DNA from: an uncultured Bacilli bacterium
GTDB taxonomy: Bacteria > Bacillota_I > Bacilli_A > RF39 > UBA660
DNA length: 64,000 nucleotides
Direction of reading: 5' to 3'
Assembly (NCBI GenBank): GCA_934086815.1
Contig: CAKOIM010000001.1
Location: forward strand, 14,366 to 78,365
In this document: in pieces, positions 43,599 through 53,478 of the stretch
Layout of the letters: every line of letters starts with the position of its first letter
Numbering within the stretch: position 1 is the first letter of the stretch
Made by a program: the position numbers and the translations under genes
The notes under the pieces: generated by a model
Seen by the model: only the letters and a program-made list of their open reading frames with translations
Database searches by the model: none
What the model was told of the DNA's origin: nothing

Positions 43599-45185
43599 AT
43601 GGTAGATATGAAGAAGAAAAATATTATAACATTTATTATTGTAGTGGTTGTGGTTGTAGCTATTGGTGTGCCTATTGTACTTTGGAAAAATAAAAAAGAT
43701 AACAGTATTAATACTAATACTAGTGTAGAAAAAACTAAGTCTTTATATCATTTATCAGGAAATGATTTAGAAGATTTTGATCTTTATTTTTTGGGGTTAG
43801 AAAATAAAAAAACTAATACAATTTATAGTCCTTTATCAATAAAGTATGCCTTAGAGATGCTTATGGATGGAACTAGTGGTGAATCTAAAAAGCAAATTGA
43901 AAATATTATTGGGGATTATGAAGCAAAAAAATATGATAATAATGCCAATATGTCTTTTGCTAATGCATTATTTATTCAAAATAATTTTAAAAGTAAAATA
44001 AAATCTAATTATATAAATAATTTAAAAAACAAATATAATGCTAGTGTAATCTATGATACATTTAGTAGTGCAGATAATATTAATTCATGGATTAGTGATA
44101 AAACTTTAGGTCTATTAAAAAATGTTTTAGATGATGTAAATGATAAAGACTTCCTTTTGGTTAATGCCTTAGGTATTGATATGGAATGGAAAAATGTCAT
44201 TCAACCAGTTCCTGGTGGTATCCCATATGATAAATTACACAGTGATTATGATGGTGAGTTTGTAGTTTCTTATCCTCATGAAACAGAAACAGATGGTGAT
44301 TTAACATATCGTGTTGGTGTAAGTCTATTAGATAGTAATAGTTTTCCAAATATAAAATTTAATGGTAGTGATATAAAAGGCTTAGATTTTGCTGCTTCAA
44401 TAAACAATTATGATATTATTAATACTTTAGGAAGAGAAAATATTGAAAATAATATAAAAAAAGAATATGAAAAGTTTGTGGCTAAAAAAACATGTGGTGA
44501 TGGTCCTTACGAAAGTACGGAAGAAGTAGTTAACAAGTATATGAGTGAAATTGGTGCTAATTATAAAGACGTAGCATCTTCAACTGATTTTCGTTATTTA
44601 GATAATGATGATGTCAAAGTATTTGCTAAAGAATTAAAAAAATATAATAATACGACTTTAGAATATATTGGTATAATGCCCAAAAAACAAATTTTAAGTG
44701 ATTATATTAAAAACATGAAAGCAAAGGACATTAACCAAATTATTAATGATTTAGTACCAATCACTTTAGAAGCTAGTGAAAAAAATGTTGTTACGAAAAT
44801 TGAAGGAAAAGTACCGATTTTTAAATTCGATTATGAATTAAATTTACAAAAAGATTTAGAAACTTTAGGTGTTAAAGATGTTTTCAATATTGATAAAGCT
44901 GATTTATCTAATTTAACTACGGTGCAAAAAGCTTATATAGATGAGATTAAACATAAAGCTAGTATAGAATTTTCTAATGAAGGAATAAAAGCTGCAGCTG
45001 CAACAACTGTTGGTGGAAAAGGAGATATGGATTGTTCTTTTGACTACCTTTATAAAGTACCAGTTAAAAAAATTGATTTAACTTTCGATAAACCATTTAT
45101 GTTCATAATAAGGGATAAAAATAGTGGGGAAGTTTGGTTTGCAGGTAGTGTTTATGAAGGAATTGCCCAAGATTTTAAATATTAA
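43599..45185 (+). CDS. serpin-family protease inhibitor with an N-terminal membrane anchor/signal and insertions
   Basis: Contains YSPLSIKYALEMLMDGTSGESKKQI, the hinge and reactive-centre loop EFSNEGIKAAAATTVGG, and the C-terminal FDKPFMFIIRDKNSGEVWFAGSVYEG. The N-terminus has a TM helix, IITFIIVVVVVVAIGVPIVLW. Confidence 0.8.
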   Translation: MVDMKKKNIITFIIVVVVVVAIGVPIVLWKNKKDNSINTNTSVEKTKSLYHLSGNDLEDFDLYFLGLENKKTNTIYSPLSIKYALEMLMDGTSGESKKQIENIIGDYEAKKYDNNANMSFANALFIQNNFKSKIKSNYINNLKNKYNASVIYDTFSSADNINSWISDKTLGLLKNVLDDVNDKDFLLVNALGIDMEWKNVIQPVPGGIPYDKLHSDYDGEFVVSYPHETETDGDLTYRVGVSLLDSNSFPNIKFNGSDIKGLDFAASINNYDIINTLGRENIENNIKKEYEKFVAKKTCGDGPYESTEEVVNKYMSEIGANYKDVASSTDFRYLDNDDVKVFAKELKKYNNTTLEYIGIMPKKQILSDYIKNMKAKDINQIINDLVPITLEASEKNVVTKIEGKVPIFKFDYELNLQKDLETLGVKDVFNIDKADLSNLTTVQKAYIDEIKHKASIEFSNEGIKAAAATTVGGKGDMDCSFDYLYKVPVKKIDLTFDKPFMFIIRDKNSGEVWFAGSVYEGIAQDFKY

Positions 45186-45189
45186 ATAT

Positions 45190-45229
45190 GTAAAGAGTAA
45201 TGCTTTTAAATTAAGTCTTTACTTTTTTT
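45190..45229 (+). terminator. intrinsic terminator after the serpin gene
   Basis: Stem gtaaaga/tctttac with a long loop, then T7. Confidence 0.45.
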
Positions 45230-45301
45230 ATTAGAAAAACTAGACCTATAGGTTAATAGATGGTATAATAAATTGGCAAATAAAACTGAAGGAGTATTAA
45301 T

Positions 45302-46876
45302 ATGAGTGCAGTATTTAGTAAGTATTACAATTATTTATTTTTGATATCGATTATTTTTTATAATTTATTTCCTAAAAAATTAAGACCTATTTATTTATTA
45401 TTATTTAGTTTATTGTTTTTTTATCTAATTAGTTCTAATTTAGTTATATGTATAATTACTACGGTTGTTTTAATATACTTATTTGCTTTATTGCTTGATA
45501 AAATAGAAAATGAAAAAAATGAGGCATTAAAAAAAGATAATGTAGATAAAAAAGAGATTAAAAGAAAATATAATAGTAAGAAAAAAGCGGCTTTAATAAT
45601 AGGTATTATCGTAAATGTCATATTTTTGTTTATCTTTAAATATTTGAAATTTTTTACTATTAATATTAATTATTTATTGGATATATTTAATGTAAATTAT
45701 GAAATAAGTATTTTAAAATTAATAGCTCCGATTGGGATATCTTTTTATACTTTGCAAGCTTTATCATATTTATTTGATGTTTATAATGGTGTAATTAAAG
45801 CAGAAAAAAATATATTTAAAGTAGGTTTATTTATATGCTTTTTCCCAACTATAATGGAAGGACCTATTGTAAGATATAATGATACCGCGGAAGCCTTATA
45901 TGAAGGTAAAAAAATAACTTATGCATCCCTTACTTTGGGTTTACAAAGAATAATGTGGGGACTTTTTAAAAAGATTATTATAGCAGATAGATTAAATGTT
46001 TTAGTAAAAACTGTATTTAATCATTATGATAATTATGGAAGTATTATTGTTTTTTTAGGGGCACTAGCTTATACTATAATGCTTTATATGGACTTTTCAG
46101 GAGCAATGGATGTAGTAATTGGTATTGGAGAAATATTTAACGTTAAAATACCAGAAAACTTCAATCAACCATTTTTCTCTAAAAATATTTCTGAGTTTTG
46201 GACAAGATGGCATATTAGTTTAGGTAAATGGTTTAAAGACTATATTTATTATCCTATTTCTCTTACTAAGAATTTAAAAAAATTAACATTAAAATTGCGG
46301 AAAAAAATTGGTAATAAATATGCTCCTTTAATAAGTGGAACAATAGCCTTGTTTGTAGTTTGGTCACTTAATGGACTTTGGCATGGAGCGGGATGGACAT
46401 TTTTATTGTTTGGGATGTATCACTTTGTATTAATATCTTTAGGTAATATTACAAAACCAATTTTTAATGATTTATATACTAAATTTAATATTCAAAATAG
46501 TAAAATACTTAAGGTATTACAAATAATAAAAACAACCTTTTTAGTTATTATTGGCGAATTAATATTTAGAGCTACTAGTGTAACTGATGCCTTTAAAATG
46601 ATTAAAATAATGTTTACAAATGTAGAGGTATCTAAGAATCAATTTTTAAGTTTAGGTTTAGATTTTCCAGATGTATTAGTTTTAATAGTTGCATTAACTA
46701 TAATATTCGTTGTAGGTCTTTTAAAAGAGAGAAAAGTTGATATAAGAAAATGGATAATGGGTAAGAACATTATAGTTAGATGGCTTATATATTATGCATT
46801 AATATTTGCTATAATAATTTTTGGGGCATATGGACCTGGGTATCAACCGGTGGATCCATTATATGCGGATTTTTAA
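45302..46876 (+). CDS. MBOAT-family membrane O-acyltransferase (AlgI/DltB/PatA-like)
   Basis: Multi-TM protein with FWTRWHISLGKWFKDYIYYP and the conserved His in NGLWHGAGW. Confidence 0.85.
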   Translation: MSAVFSKYYNYLFLISIIFYNLFPKKLRPIYLLLFSLLFFYLISSNLVICIITTVVLIYLFALLLDKIENEKNEALKKDNVDKKEIKRKYNSKKKAALIIGIIVNVIFLFIFKYLKFFTININYLLDIFNVNYEISILKLIAPIGISFYTLQALSYLFDVYNGVIKAEKNIFKVGLFICFFPTIMEGPIVRYNDTAEALYEGKKITYASLTLGLQRIMWGLFKKIIIADRLNVLVKTVFNHYDNYGSIIVFLGALAYTIMLYMDFSGAMDVVIGIGEIFNVKIPENFNQPFFSKNISEFWTRWHISLGKWFKDYIYYPISLTKNLKKLTLKLRKKIGNKYAPLISGTIALFVVWSLNGLWHGAGWTFLLFGMYHFVLISLGNITKPIFNDLYTKFNIQNSKILKVLQIIKTTFLVIIGELIFRATSVTDAFKMIKIMFTNVEVSKNQFLSLGLDFPDVLVLIVALTIIFVVGLLKERKVDIRKWIMGKNIIVRWLIYYALIFAIIIFGAYGPGYQPVDPLYADF

Positions 46877-46885
46877 GGAGGTTTT

Positions 46886-47818
46886 ATGAAAAATTTGATT
46901 AAAAGTATTGTTTTTATATCTATTTTCGTAATCCTTTATTGTGGCTTATCATATATGGTTTTACCGAAAGAAAATATAAAAGATTTTGGCCTTTATAAAA
47001 CTTCGATGTATGAAATATTAGGGGAGAAGAATAATTCAATTGATGTTGTAGCTCTTGGTGATAGTTTAGTATATTCATCTATAATACCAATGGAAATATA
47101 TAATAAGTATGGTTATACAGTATTTGATTGTTCTCATCCGGCTATAACTATGAAAGAAGCTTATAAGTACTTTGAAGTCGCAGTAAAATCACAAAAGCCT
47201 AAGGTTGCCATAATCGGAGCAAATATGTTCTTTCGTAATGCCAAAAATAAACCTTGGCATTATAAATATACCAATGCTTTAAAAAATGTTTTGCCACTTT
47301 TTACATATCATAATAATTGGAAAAATATTATGTTTTCAGAGACAGGTTTAATGAATATTGATAAAGGATATAAATTAAATAAAACAAGAAGAGGTAGTGA
47401 AAACTTTGATTATATGGTTATTTCTAAAAAGAAATATGAAATTAATCAAGAAAACATTATGTATTTGGAAAAAATAATTGAATTAGCTAAGGAATATAAT
47501 GTTAAAATAACTATAATGGGCTTTCCTTCACAAACTTCTTGGAATTTAACAAAAGATAACTTAACTAAAAATATTGCCCAAAAATATGGTTTTGATTATA
47601 TAAATATTAATCATAAAAATGAACTTGATTTTGATTGGACTAAAGAAACAAAGGATAAAGGAAGTCATTTAAATTATTATGGGGCTTTAAAAGCTACGGA
47701 TTATGTTGGAAAGTATTTAGAAAAATTAAATATATTAGAAGACCATCGTAAAGATGAGAACTATGAAGATTGGGATTTAGCTTATAAACAACATAAATTA
47801 GACTTAGAAAAAAATTAA
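46886..47818 (+). CDS. extracytoplasmic SGNH/AlgX-like partner of the MBOAT protein (putative O-acetyltransferase)
   Basis: AGGAGG SD and an N-terminal TM helix. Contains VVALGDSLVYSS (GDS block) and KGSHLNYYGALKATDYVG. The assignment rests on motif and adjacency only. Confidence 0.5.
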   Translation: MKNLIKSIVFISIFVILYCGLSYMVLPKENIKDFGLYKTSMYEILGEKNNSIDVVALGDSLVYSSIIPMEIYNKYGYTVFDCSHPAITMKEAYKYFEVAVKSQKPKVAIIGANMFFRNAKNKPWHYKYTNALKNVLPLFTYHNNWKNIMFSETGLMNIDKGYKLNKTRRGSENFDYMVISKKKYEINQENIMYLEKIIELAKEYNVKITIMGFPSQTSWNLTKDNLTKNIAQKYGFDYININHKNELDFDWTKETKDKGSHLNYYGALKATDYVGKYLEKLNILEDHRKDENYEDWDLAYKQHKLDLEKN

Positions 47819-47826
47819 AAAAGCTA

Positions 47827-47856
47827 TTGACTAAAACAATTTGTTTGTATTATAAT
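47827..47856 (+). promoter_or_regulatory. sigma-A-type promoter for the ileS leader (TTGACT-18-TATAAT)
   Basis: TTGACT at 47827-47832 and TATAAT at 47851-47856. Confidence 0.5.
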
Positions 47857-47862
47857 TAATGC

Positions 47863-48077
47863 ATTCAAGAAAAGTTATGATTGGGACAAGTATTTATTTA
47901 ATACTTTTTAGAGAGCCTTTGGTTGGTGAAAAAAGGTAAAGTTAAAATAAATATATCACCCATGAACTGAATAACTGAATATAGTAAGTTATTACGTTAT
48001 TTCGCGTTAAGAATAATTAAGATAATTAAAGGATGGTACCGTCATATATTGACTCCTTGGGTACCATTCTTTTTTTT
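47863..48077 (+). promoter_or_regulatory. T-box riboswitch leader (Ile; AUC specifier candidate at 47955-47957) with terminator
   Basis: Stem I AGAGAGCCTTTGGTTGGTGAAAAAAGG, the T-box AAAGGATGGTACCGTC, and a 10-bp terminator ggatggtacc/ggtaccattc (48031-48069) plus T8. Confidence 0.75.
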
Positions 48078-48093
48078 GAAAGGAAAGAGGAAA

Positions 48094-51000
48094 ATGGAAA
48101 AATTTAAAAGTTTAAGTAAAGAATCAGTAGATGTAACTGAAAGTAAAAGATTAGAAAAATGGAAAAAAGATGATATTTTAAACAAGTGTATTGAAAACAG
48201 AAAAGATGCTCCTTATTTTGTCTTTTATGATGGACCTGCGACTGCTAATGGACACCCAGGGCTTCATCATATGGTAGCAAAGTTTTTAAAAGATACAATT
48301 TGTAAATACAAGACTATGCAAGGTTATAAAGTCTTAAGAAAAGTAGGTTGGGATACACATGGTCTACCGGTTGAGTTGCAAGTAGAAAAAGAACTAGGCT
48401 TTACTGGTAAAAAAGATATTGAAAAATATGGTATTGAAGAATTTAATCAAAAATGTAGAGAAAGTGTATGGAAAAATGAAAGTACATTTACAGATTTAAC
48501 TGAAAAAATGGGACAATTCATTGATTTAAAACATCCATATGTTACATACGATAATGATTACATTGAAACAGAATGGTGGATATTAAAAAAATTCTTTGAT
48601 GAAGGTTTATTTTATCAAGGAGCTAAAATACTTCCATATTGCCCTAGATGTGGAACAGGTCTTGCATCTCATGAAGTAGCGCAAGGATATGAAGAAATGA
48701 GTGTTGATACAGTATATGTTCCATTTAAGAAAAAAGATAGTGATGAATATTTCTTAGTTTGGACAACAACACCATGGACTTTAATTTCTAATATCGCATT
48801 ATGTGTAAATCCAGATTATGATTATTCGCTAGTAGAATCTAAAGGGACTAAATTTATATTAGCAACAAGTTTAGTTAATAAATGTTTAGGTGATGACGTT
48901 AAAATACTTGATACATTTAAAGGTAGTACTTTAGAAAATCAAGAATATGAACAATTAATACCTTCTTTAAAAGTAGATAAAAAAGCATTTTATGTAACAG
49001 TAGACTCTTATGTAACGGCGGAAGATGGAACTGGTGTAGTTCATATGGCACCGGCTTTTGGAGCAGATGATGCAAGAGTTGGAAAAAAATATGATTTACC
49101 ATATTTAAATCCAGTTGGTGAAGATGGAAAATACACGGAAGGATTATGGGAAGGTATAAATGTATTTGATGCTGATAAAGAAATAATTAAGTATTTAAAA
49201 GAAAATGGTAAACTTTTAAGAAAAGAAAGAATAGTGCATAACTATCCGCATTGTTGGAGATGCCATTCGCCACTTATTTATTATTCAAAGCCAAGTTATT
49301 ATTTAGAAGTTACGAAAATAAAAGATAAAATAGTAGAAAATAATAAAACCGTAAATTGGTATCCATCATATGTTGGAGAAAAACGTTTTGGTAATTGGCT
49401 TGAAAATTTAAATGATTGGGCAATTTCTCGTTCAAGATATTGGGGAACACCACTTCCTTATTGGACATGTTCTTGTGGACATGCAGAAATGATTGGATCA
49501 CGTGAAGAACTAATTGAAAAAGCCGTAGAAAAAATTGATAAATCAATAGAATTACATCGTCCTTTTATTGATGAAGTTCATTTGAAATGTCCTAAATGTG
49601 GCGGAGTTATGAATAGGGTTACTGATGTTATAGATTGTTGGTTTGATTCTGGGGCTATGCCATTTGCTCAATATCATTATCCATTTGAAAATCAAGAATT
49701 ATTTGAAACTCAATTTCCCGCAGATTATATTTGTGAAGGAATAGATCAAACAAGAGGATGGTTTTATACACTAATGGTTATATCTACATTTGTAAAAGGT
49801 GTAAGTCCATATAAAAATGTATTAGTTAATGACTTATTATTAGATGCTCATGGTAAAAAAATGAGTAAAAGTAAAGGAAATATTGTCGAACCATTTAGCA
49901 CAATGAAAGAATATGGCGCAGATACAGTTAGATTCTATTTGCCATATGTTTCACCAGTGTGGGTTCCATTAAAATTTGATTTCAATGGTTTAAAAGAAGT
50001 ACATTCAAAATTTTTTAATCCTTTAAAAAATACATATAATTTCTTTTCAATGTATGCAAATATTGATAATATTGATATAAATGAATGTAATATTGCTTTA
50101 AATAAACGTGAAGAAATAGATAGATGGCTAATAAGTAAATATAATAAGTTACTTAAATATGTAACAGAATCTTATGATAAATATGATTTAAATTTAGTTG
50201 TAAGAGCCTTAACAGATTTTGTTTCTGAAGATTTATCAAATTGGTATATTAGAAGAAATAGAAATAGATTTTGGGCTAAAGATTTAGATGATTCTAAAAA
50301 AGCTGTTTATATGACAACTTACGAAGTATTAGTAGGTCTATCTAAAATGATGGCTCCGGTAGTGCCTTATTTATCTGATGAAATTTATACTAATTTAACT
50401 TGCGAATATTCTGTACATACTGCAGATTTTCCAAAATATGATGAATCTTTAATAGATGAATCTTTAGAAGAAAAAATGGATTTAGTTAGAAATTTAATAA
50501 GTATAGGTAGAAATATTCGTGAAGAAAATAAACTTAGAGTTCGTCAACCTCTACAAGAAATATTAATTGATGGTAAAAATGAAAGCATTTTAAGTGATTT
50601 AACACAATTAATTAAAGAAGAATTAAATGTAAAACAAGTTGTATTTGTAACAGATACATCAAAATATATGAACTATGTTTTAAAACCTAACTTTAAAGTC
50701 GTAGGTAAAGTATTTGGAAGTAATCTAAAAGAATATCAAGAAAAATTATTAAGTTTATCACTTGAAGATGTTAAACACCTAGAAAATAATGAAACAATTA
50801 AAATGGATGTAAATGGTGATGACTATGAAGTTACAAGTGATATGGTAGATATAAGAATATCTGCTAAAGAAGGATTCAATGTAGGCATGGAAAATAATAA
50901 TTTTGTTATTTTAAATGCGACATTAACTGATGAACTTGTAAAAGAAGGTATTGCTAGAGAAGTAGTATCAAAAGTACAATTAATGAGAAAAAATAATGGC

Positions 51001-51186
51001 TTAGAATTAACTGATAGAATTGTTATTAAATATAGTGCTGATGAATTGATATGTAATGCTATCGAAGAATTTAGTGATTATATTAAACATGAAACTTTAG
51101 CAGATGAATTAATAAATAGTGAAGTATCACAAAATGAATTTGTTATAGATGATAAAAAAATAGCGATTGAAATTTCTAAAAAATAA
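48094..51186 (+). CDS. ileS: isoleucine--tRNA ligase, long type-2 (eukaryote-like) form
   Basis: About 1030 aa. Contains FYDGPATANGHPGLHH (HIGH region) and KMSKSKGN, with zinc-binding Cys pairs in the CP1/editing region. The start is ATG 48094, after AAGAGG. Confidence 0.95.
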   Translation: MEKFKSLSKESVDVTESKRLEKWKKDDILNKCIENRKDAPYFVFYDGPATANGHPGLHHMVAKFLKDTICKYKTMQGYKVLRKVGWDTHGLPVELQVEKELGFTGKKDIEKYGIEEFNQKCRESVWKNESTFTDLTEKMGQFIDLKHPYVTYDNDYIETEWWILKKFFDEGLFYQGAKILPYCPRCGTGLASHEVAQGYEEMSVDTVYVPFKKKDSDEYFLVWTTTPWTLISNIALCVNPDYDYSLVESKGTKFILATSLVNKCLGDDVKILDTFKGSTLENQEYEQLIPSLKVDKKAFYVTVDSYVTAEDGTGVVHMAPAFGADDARVGKKYDLPYLNPVGEDGKYTEGLWEGINVFDADKEIIKYLKENGKLLRKERIVHNYPHCWRCHSPLIYYSKPSYYLEVTKIKDKIVENNKTVNWYPSYVGEKRFGNWLENLNDWAISRSRYWGTPLPYWTCSCGHAEMIGSREELIEKAVEKIDKSIELHRPFIDEVHLKCPKCGGVMNRVTDVIDCWFDSGAMPFAQYHYPFENQELFETQFPADYICEGIDQTRGWFYTLMVISTFVKGVSPYKNVLVNDLLLDAHGKKMSKSKGNIVEPFSTMKEYGADTVRFYLPYVSPVWVPLKFDFNGLKEVHSKFFNPLKNTYNFFSMYANIDNIDINECNIALNKREEIDRWLISKYNKLLKYVTESYDKYDLNLVVRALTDFVSEDLSNWYIRRNRNRFWAKDLDDSKKAVYMTTYEVLVGLSKMMAPVVPYLSDEIYTNLTCEYSVHTADFPKYDESLIDESLEEKMDLVRNLISIGRNIREENKLRVRQPLQEILIDGKNESILSDLTQLIKEELNVKQVVFVTDTSKYMNYVLKPNFKVVGKVFGSNLKEYQEKLLSLSLEDVKHLENNETIKMDVNGDDYEVTSDMVDIRISAKEGFNVGMENNNFVILNATLTDELVKEGIAREVVSKVQLMRKNNGLELTDRIVIKYSADELICNAIEEFSDYIKHETLADELINSEVSQNEFVIDDKKIAIEISKK

Positions 51187-51203
51187 TGATAATATTTATG
51201 TGT

Positions 51204-51280
51204 GTTCTCGTAGCTCAGTAGGATAGAGCGAATGCCTCCGACGCATTAGGTCGCAAGTTCGATTCTTGTCGAGAACACCA
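51204..51280 (+). tRNA. tRNA-Arg (anticodon CCG), CCA encoded
   Basis: GTTCTCGTAGCTCAGTAGGATAGAGCGAATGCCTCCGACGCATTAGGTCGCAAGTTCGATTCTTGTCGAGAACACCA folds as a complete cloverleaf, with anticodon loop CTCCGAC. Confidence 0.9.
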
Positions 51281-51292
51281 TAAGTTAAATTT

Positions 51293-51319
51293 ACTTAGGA
51301 TTATTCCCTAAGTTTTTTA
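51293..51319 (+). terminator. intrinsic terminator after ileS and tRNA-Arg
   Basis: Stem acttagg/cctaagt with a 7-nt loop, then T6. Confidence 0.7.
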
Positions 51320-51405
51320 TAATTTTAATTGTAAATAAAAAAGATAAAATTTACATTGAATTACAAATGATTGTAAGTTATTATGTTTTTAGGAGGTTTT
51401 TAATT

Positions 51406-51897
51406 ATGAACAAAAAAATGGATTTTGCAACATGGTTTTATTTATTTTGTTTAAATTTAAAAGTAGAGAAACATGAACAAGTCGAAGATGTAAAGAAAAA
51501 AATAACTTTTAGTTTTGATAATGTGAAGAGTTCAAATAATATATATGTATTTAAAGATTATAAAGAGTTTAAAAATTTCTTTTTAATGTATTTAGATAAC
51601 GTAAATGAAGATATTTTGAAAAGCTTAATATTTAGTAAAAGTAAATCAGGTCATATAATTGCTTTTAAAAGTTTATGCCAATATTATATAGTTGAATCAT
51701 TAATAAGAAAATTATGCGAAGAAAATTGTATTCCTAATTTAGAAATAGAACAAATAATAGAAAATAAAGAATTTTTTGTAAGTTCTAATATATGTTCTTT
51801 TGAAATGCCATTAAATATCAATCCAGAAGGTAAAGGCTATGTAATTGTTGATTCTTTTAATAACTTTGAAAAAAATAATAGAGTCTTAAAAAAATAA
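51406..51897 (+). CDS. hypothetical protein
   Basis: AGGAGG lies 7 nt before ATG 51406. 163 aa. I recognised no motif. Confidence 0.5.
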   Translation: MNKKMDFATWFYLFCLNLKVEKHEQVEDVKKKITFSFDNVKSSNNIYVFKDYKEFKNFFLMYLDNVNEDILKSLIFSKSKSGHIIAFKSLCQYYIVESLIRKLCEENCIPNLEIEQIIENKEFFVSSNICSFEMPLNINPEGKGYVIVDSFNNFEKNNRVLKK

Positions 51898-52049
51898 TTG
51901 TAATATTTAAAATGGTGTGTTAAAATTAATTTAGCAACAAGTTTACGCAATAATTTAGAGTTGTCCAATATAAAATTATTGATGTGGATTTTGTTGTTTT
52001 TTTTTTATTTAATAAATGATATAATTTATAAATAATGAAAGGAGGAAAT

Positions 52050-52571
52050 ATGCTAGATTTATTCATACCAGATATATATGCTCAAAGTGTATATACGATT
52101 AATTATAAAAAGTTAAAGAAAAATGGTATTAAATGTTTACTCTTTGATTTAGATAATACATTAGCTCCAAATAATGTGTCTGAACCGAGTATTAGTGTTA
52201 AAGAGTTATTTGCTCGATTAGAATGTGATTTTAAAGTAATTATAATATCTAATAGTGGGAAAAATAGACTTAGACCTTTTAAGGAAAAATTAAATGTAGA
52301 TGTAGCCTTTAGTAGTAAAAAACCTTTAAAGGGAAAATATAAAAAAATATTAGAACTATATAAATATAATATAAATGAAATAGCGGCGATCGGAGATCAA
52401 TTAATGACCGATATTCTTGGGGCTAATAGAATGGGATTTACATCAATTTTAATTAATAGATTAGCTAAAGAAGAAATAGCATTTACTAAAATAAATAGAG
52501 TTTTTGAAAAATTTATTATGAAAAGATTAGGAAAGAAAAATATCTTAGTGTATGGTGAGTACTATGACTAA
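52050..52571 (+). CDS. yqeG: YqeG-family HAD phosphatase
   Basis: AGGAGG before ATG 52050. Contains LLFDLDNTL and IGDQLMTDILGANRMGFTSILI. It is followed by yqeH, as in Bacillus. Confidence 0.8.
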   Translation: MLDLFIPDIYAQSVYTINYKKLKKNGIKCLLFDLDNTLAPNNVSEPSISVKELFARLECDFKVIIISNSGKNRLRPFKEKLNVDVAFSSKKPLKGKYKKILELYKYNINEIAAIGDQLMTDILGANRMGFTSILINRLAKEEIAFTKINRVFEKFIMKRLGKKNILVYGEYYD

Positions 52572-53478
52572 GTGTAAGGGATGTGGAATCACTATTCAAA
52601 ATAGTGATATAAAAAAAGAAGGATATACGACTAATTTAGATAATAAACTATGTGTAAGATGTTTTAAACTTAAAAATTATAATGTCTTAATTAGTAAAGG
52701 TGTGAAAATAGATAATAATAAAATACTTGCAACAATTAATAAAAAAAATATATTTGTTCTATATTTAGTTGACTTTTTAAATCTTGATTTAGAAGTAATA
52801 AATATGTTTAAAGCTATAAAATCAAAAAAAGCATTAATTATTACTAAAAGTGATACTATACCTAAAAATATTATCAAAGAAAGATTGGTTCTTAATATTA
52901 AGAAAGTATATGATATAAAAGAAGAAGTTATTTTATGTAGTAGTAAATTAAAGAAAAATATTAATGAAATAAATAATATTTGTTTAAAAGAAGAAAAAGT
53001 TTTACTTGCAGGTTTTACAAACGCCGGTAAAAGTAGCCTAATAAATACATTACTAAAAAGTGATATAACTGTAAGTAAAAAAGAAAATACTACCCAAGAT
53101 TTTATAACAATTAAAAATGAAAATTTAACAATTGTTGATGCTCCGGGGTTTATGAGTGATGTAAAAAGAGACTCAATACCTAAAAACTTTATTAAACCAA
53201 GGACATACCAATTAAAATGTAAGTACTATTTAAATATATTGGATATAAAACTAAATTGTAAAAGTGATGCTAATATAACCATATATATAAATAATGATAT
53301 AATTGTAGAAAGAAGAAAAGAAAGAGAAAATGTAAATTGTAATGTTTTAGTAAAGAAAAATTGTGACTTAGTATTAAAAGGAATTGGGTTTATTAAATTT
53401 AGTACGGATACATATGTATCAATAAATACTAAAAATTATGAAATAAGAAACTCAATTATAGGTGGTAGCAATGAGTAA
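52552..53478 (+). CDS. yqeH: ribosome biogenesis GTPase YqeH (circularly permuted)
   Basis: N-terminal zinc motif CKGCG...CVRCF, then a permuted GTPase (TKSD before GFTNAGKSSLIN, with DAPG). The alternative start is ATG 52564. It is shorter than Bacillus YqeH. Confidence 0.8.
   Translation: MVSTMTKCKGCGITIQNSDIKKEGYTTNLDNKLCVRCFKLKNYNVLISKGVKIDNNKILATINKKNIFVLYLVDFLNLDLEVINMFKAIKSKKALIITKSDTIPKNIIKERLVLNIKKVYDIKEEVILCSSKLKKNINEINNICLKEEKVLLAGFTNAGKSSLINTLLKSDITVSKKENTTQDFITIKNENLTIVDAPGFMSDVKRDSIPKNFIKPRTYQLKCKYYLNILDIKLNCKSDANITIYINNDIIVERRKERENVNCNVLVKKNCDLVLKGIGFIKFSTDTYVSINTKNYEIRNSIIGGSNE

Noticed and set aside
48049-48093. Upstream in-frame extensions proposed by the ORF track: ileS from 48049, thrS from 13668, ybeY from 838, the DUF2207 gene from 28734, polA from 40169, tsf from 26422 and mutL from 53462.
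   Set aside because: The extensions run through terminator hairpins or through upstream genes and lack an SD. In each case a downstream ATG with a good SD matches the conserved N-terminus of the family.
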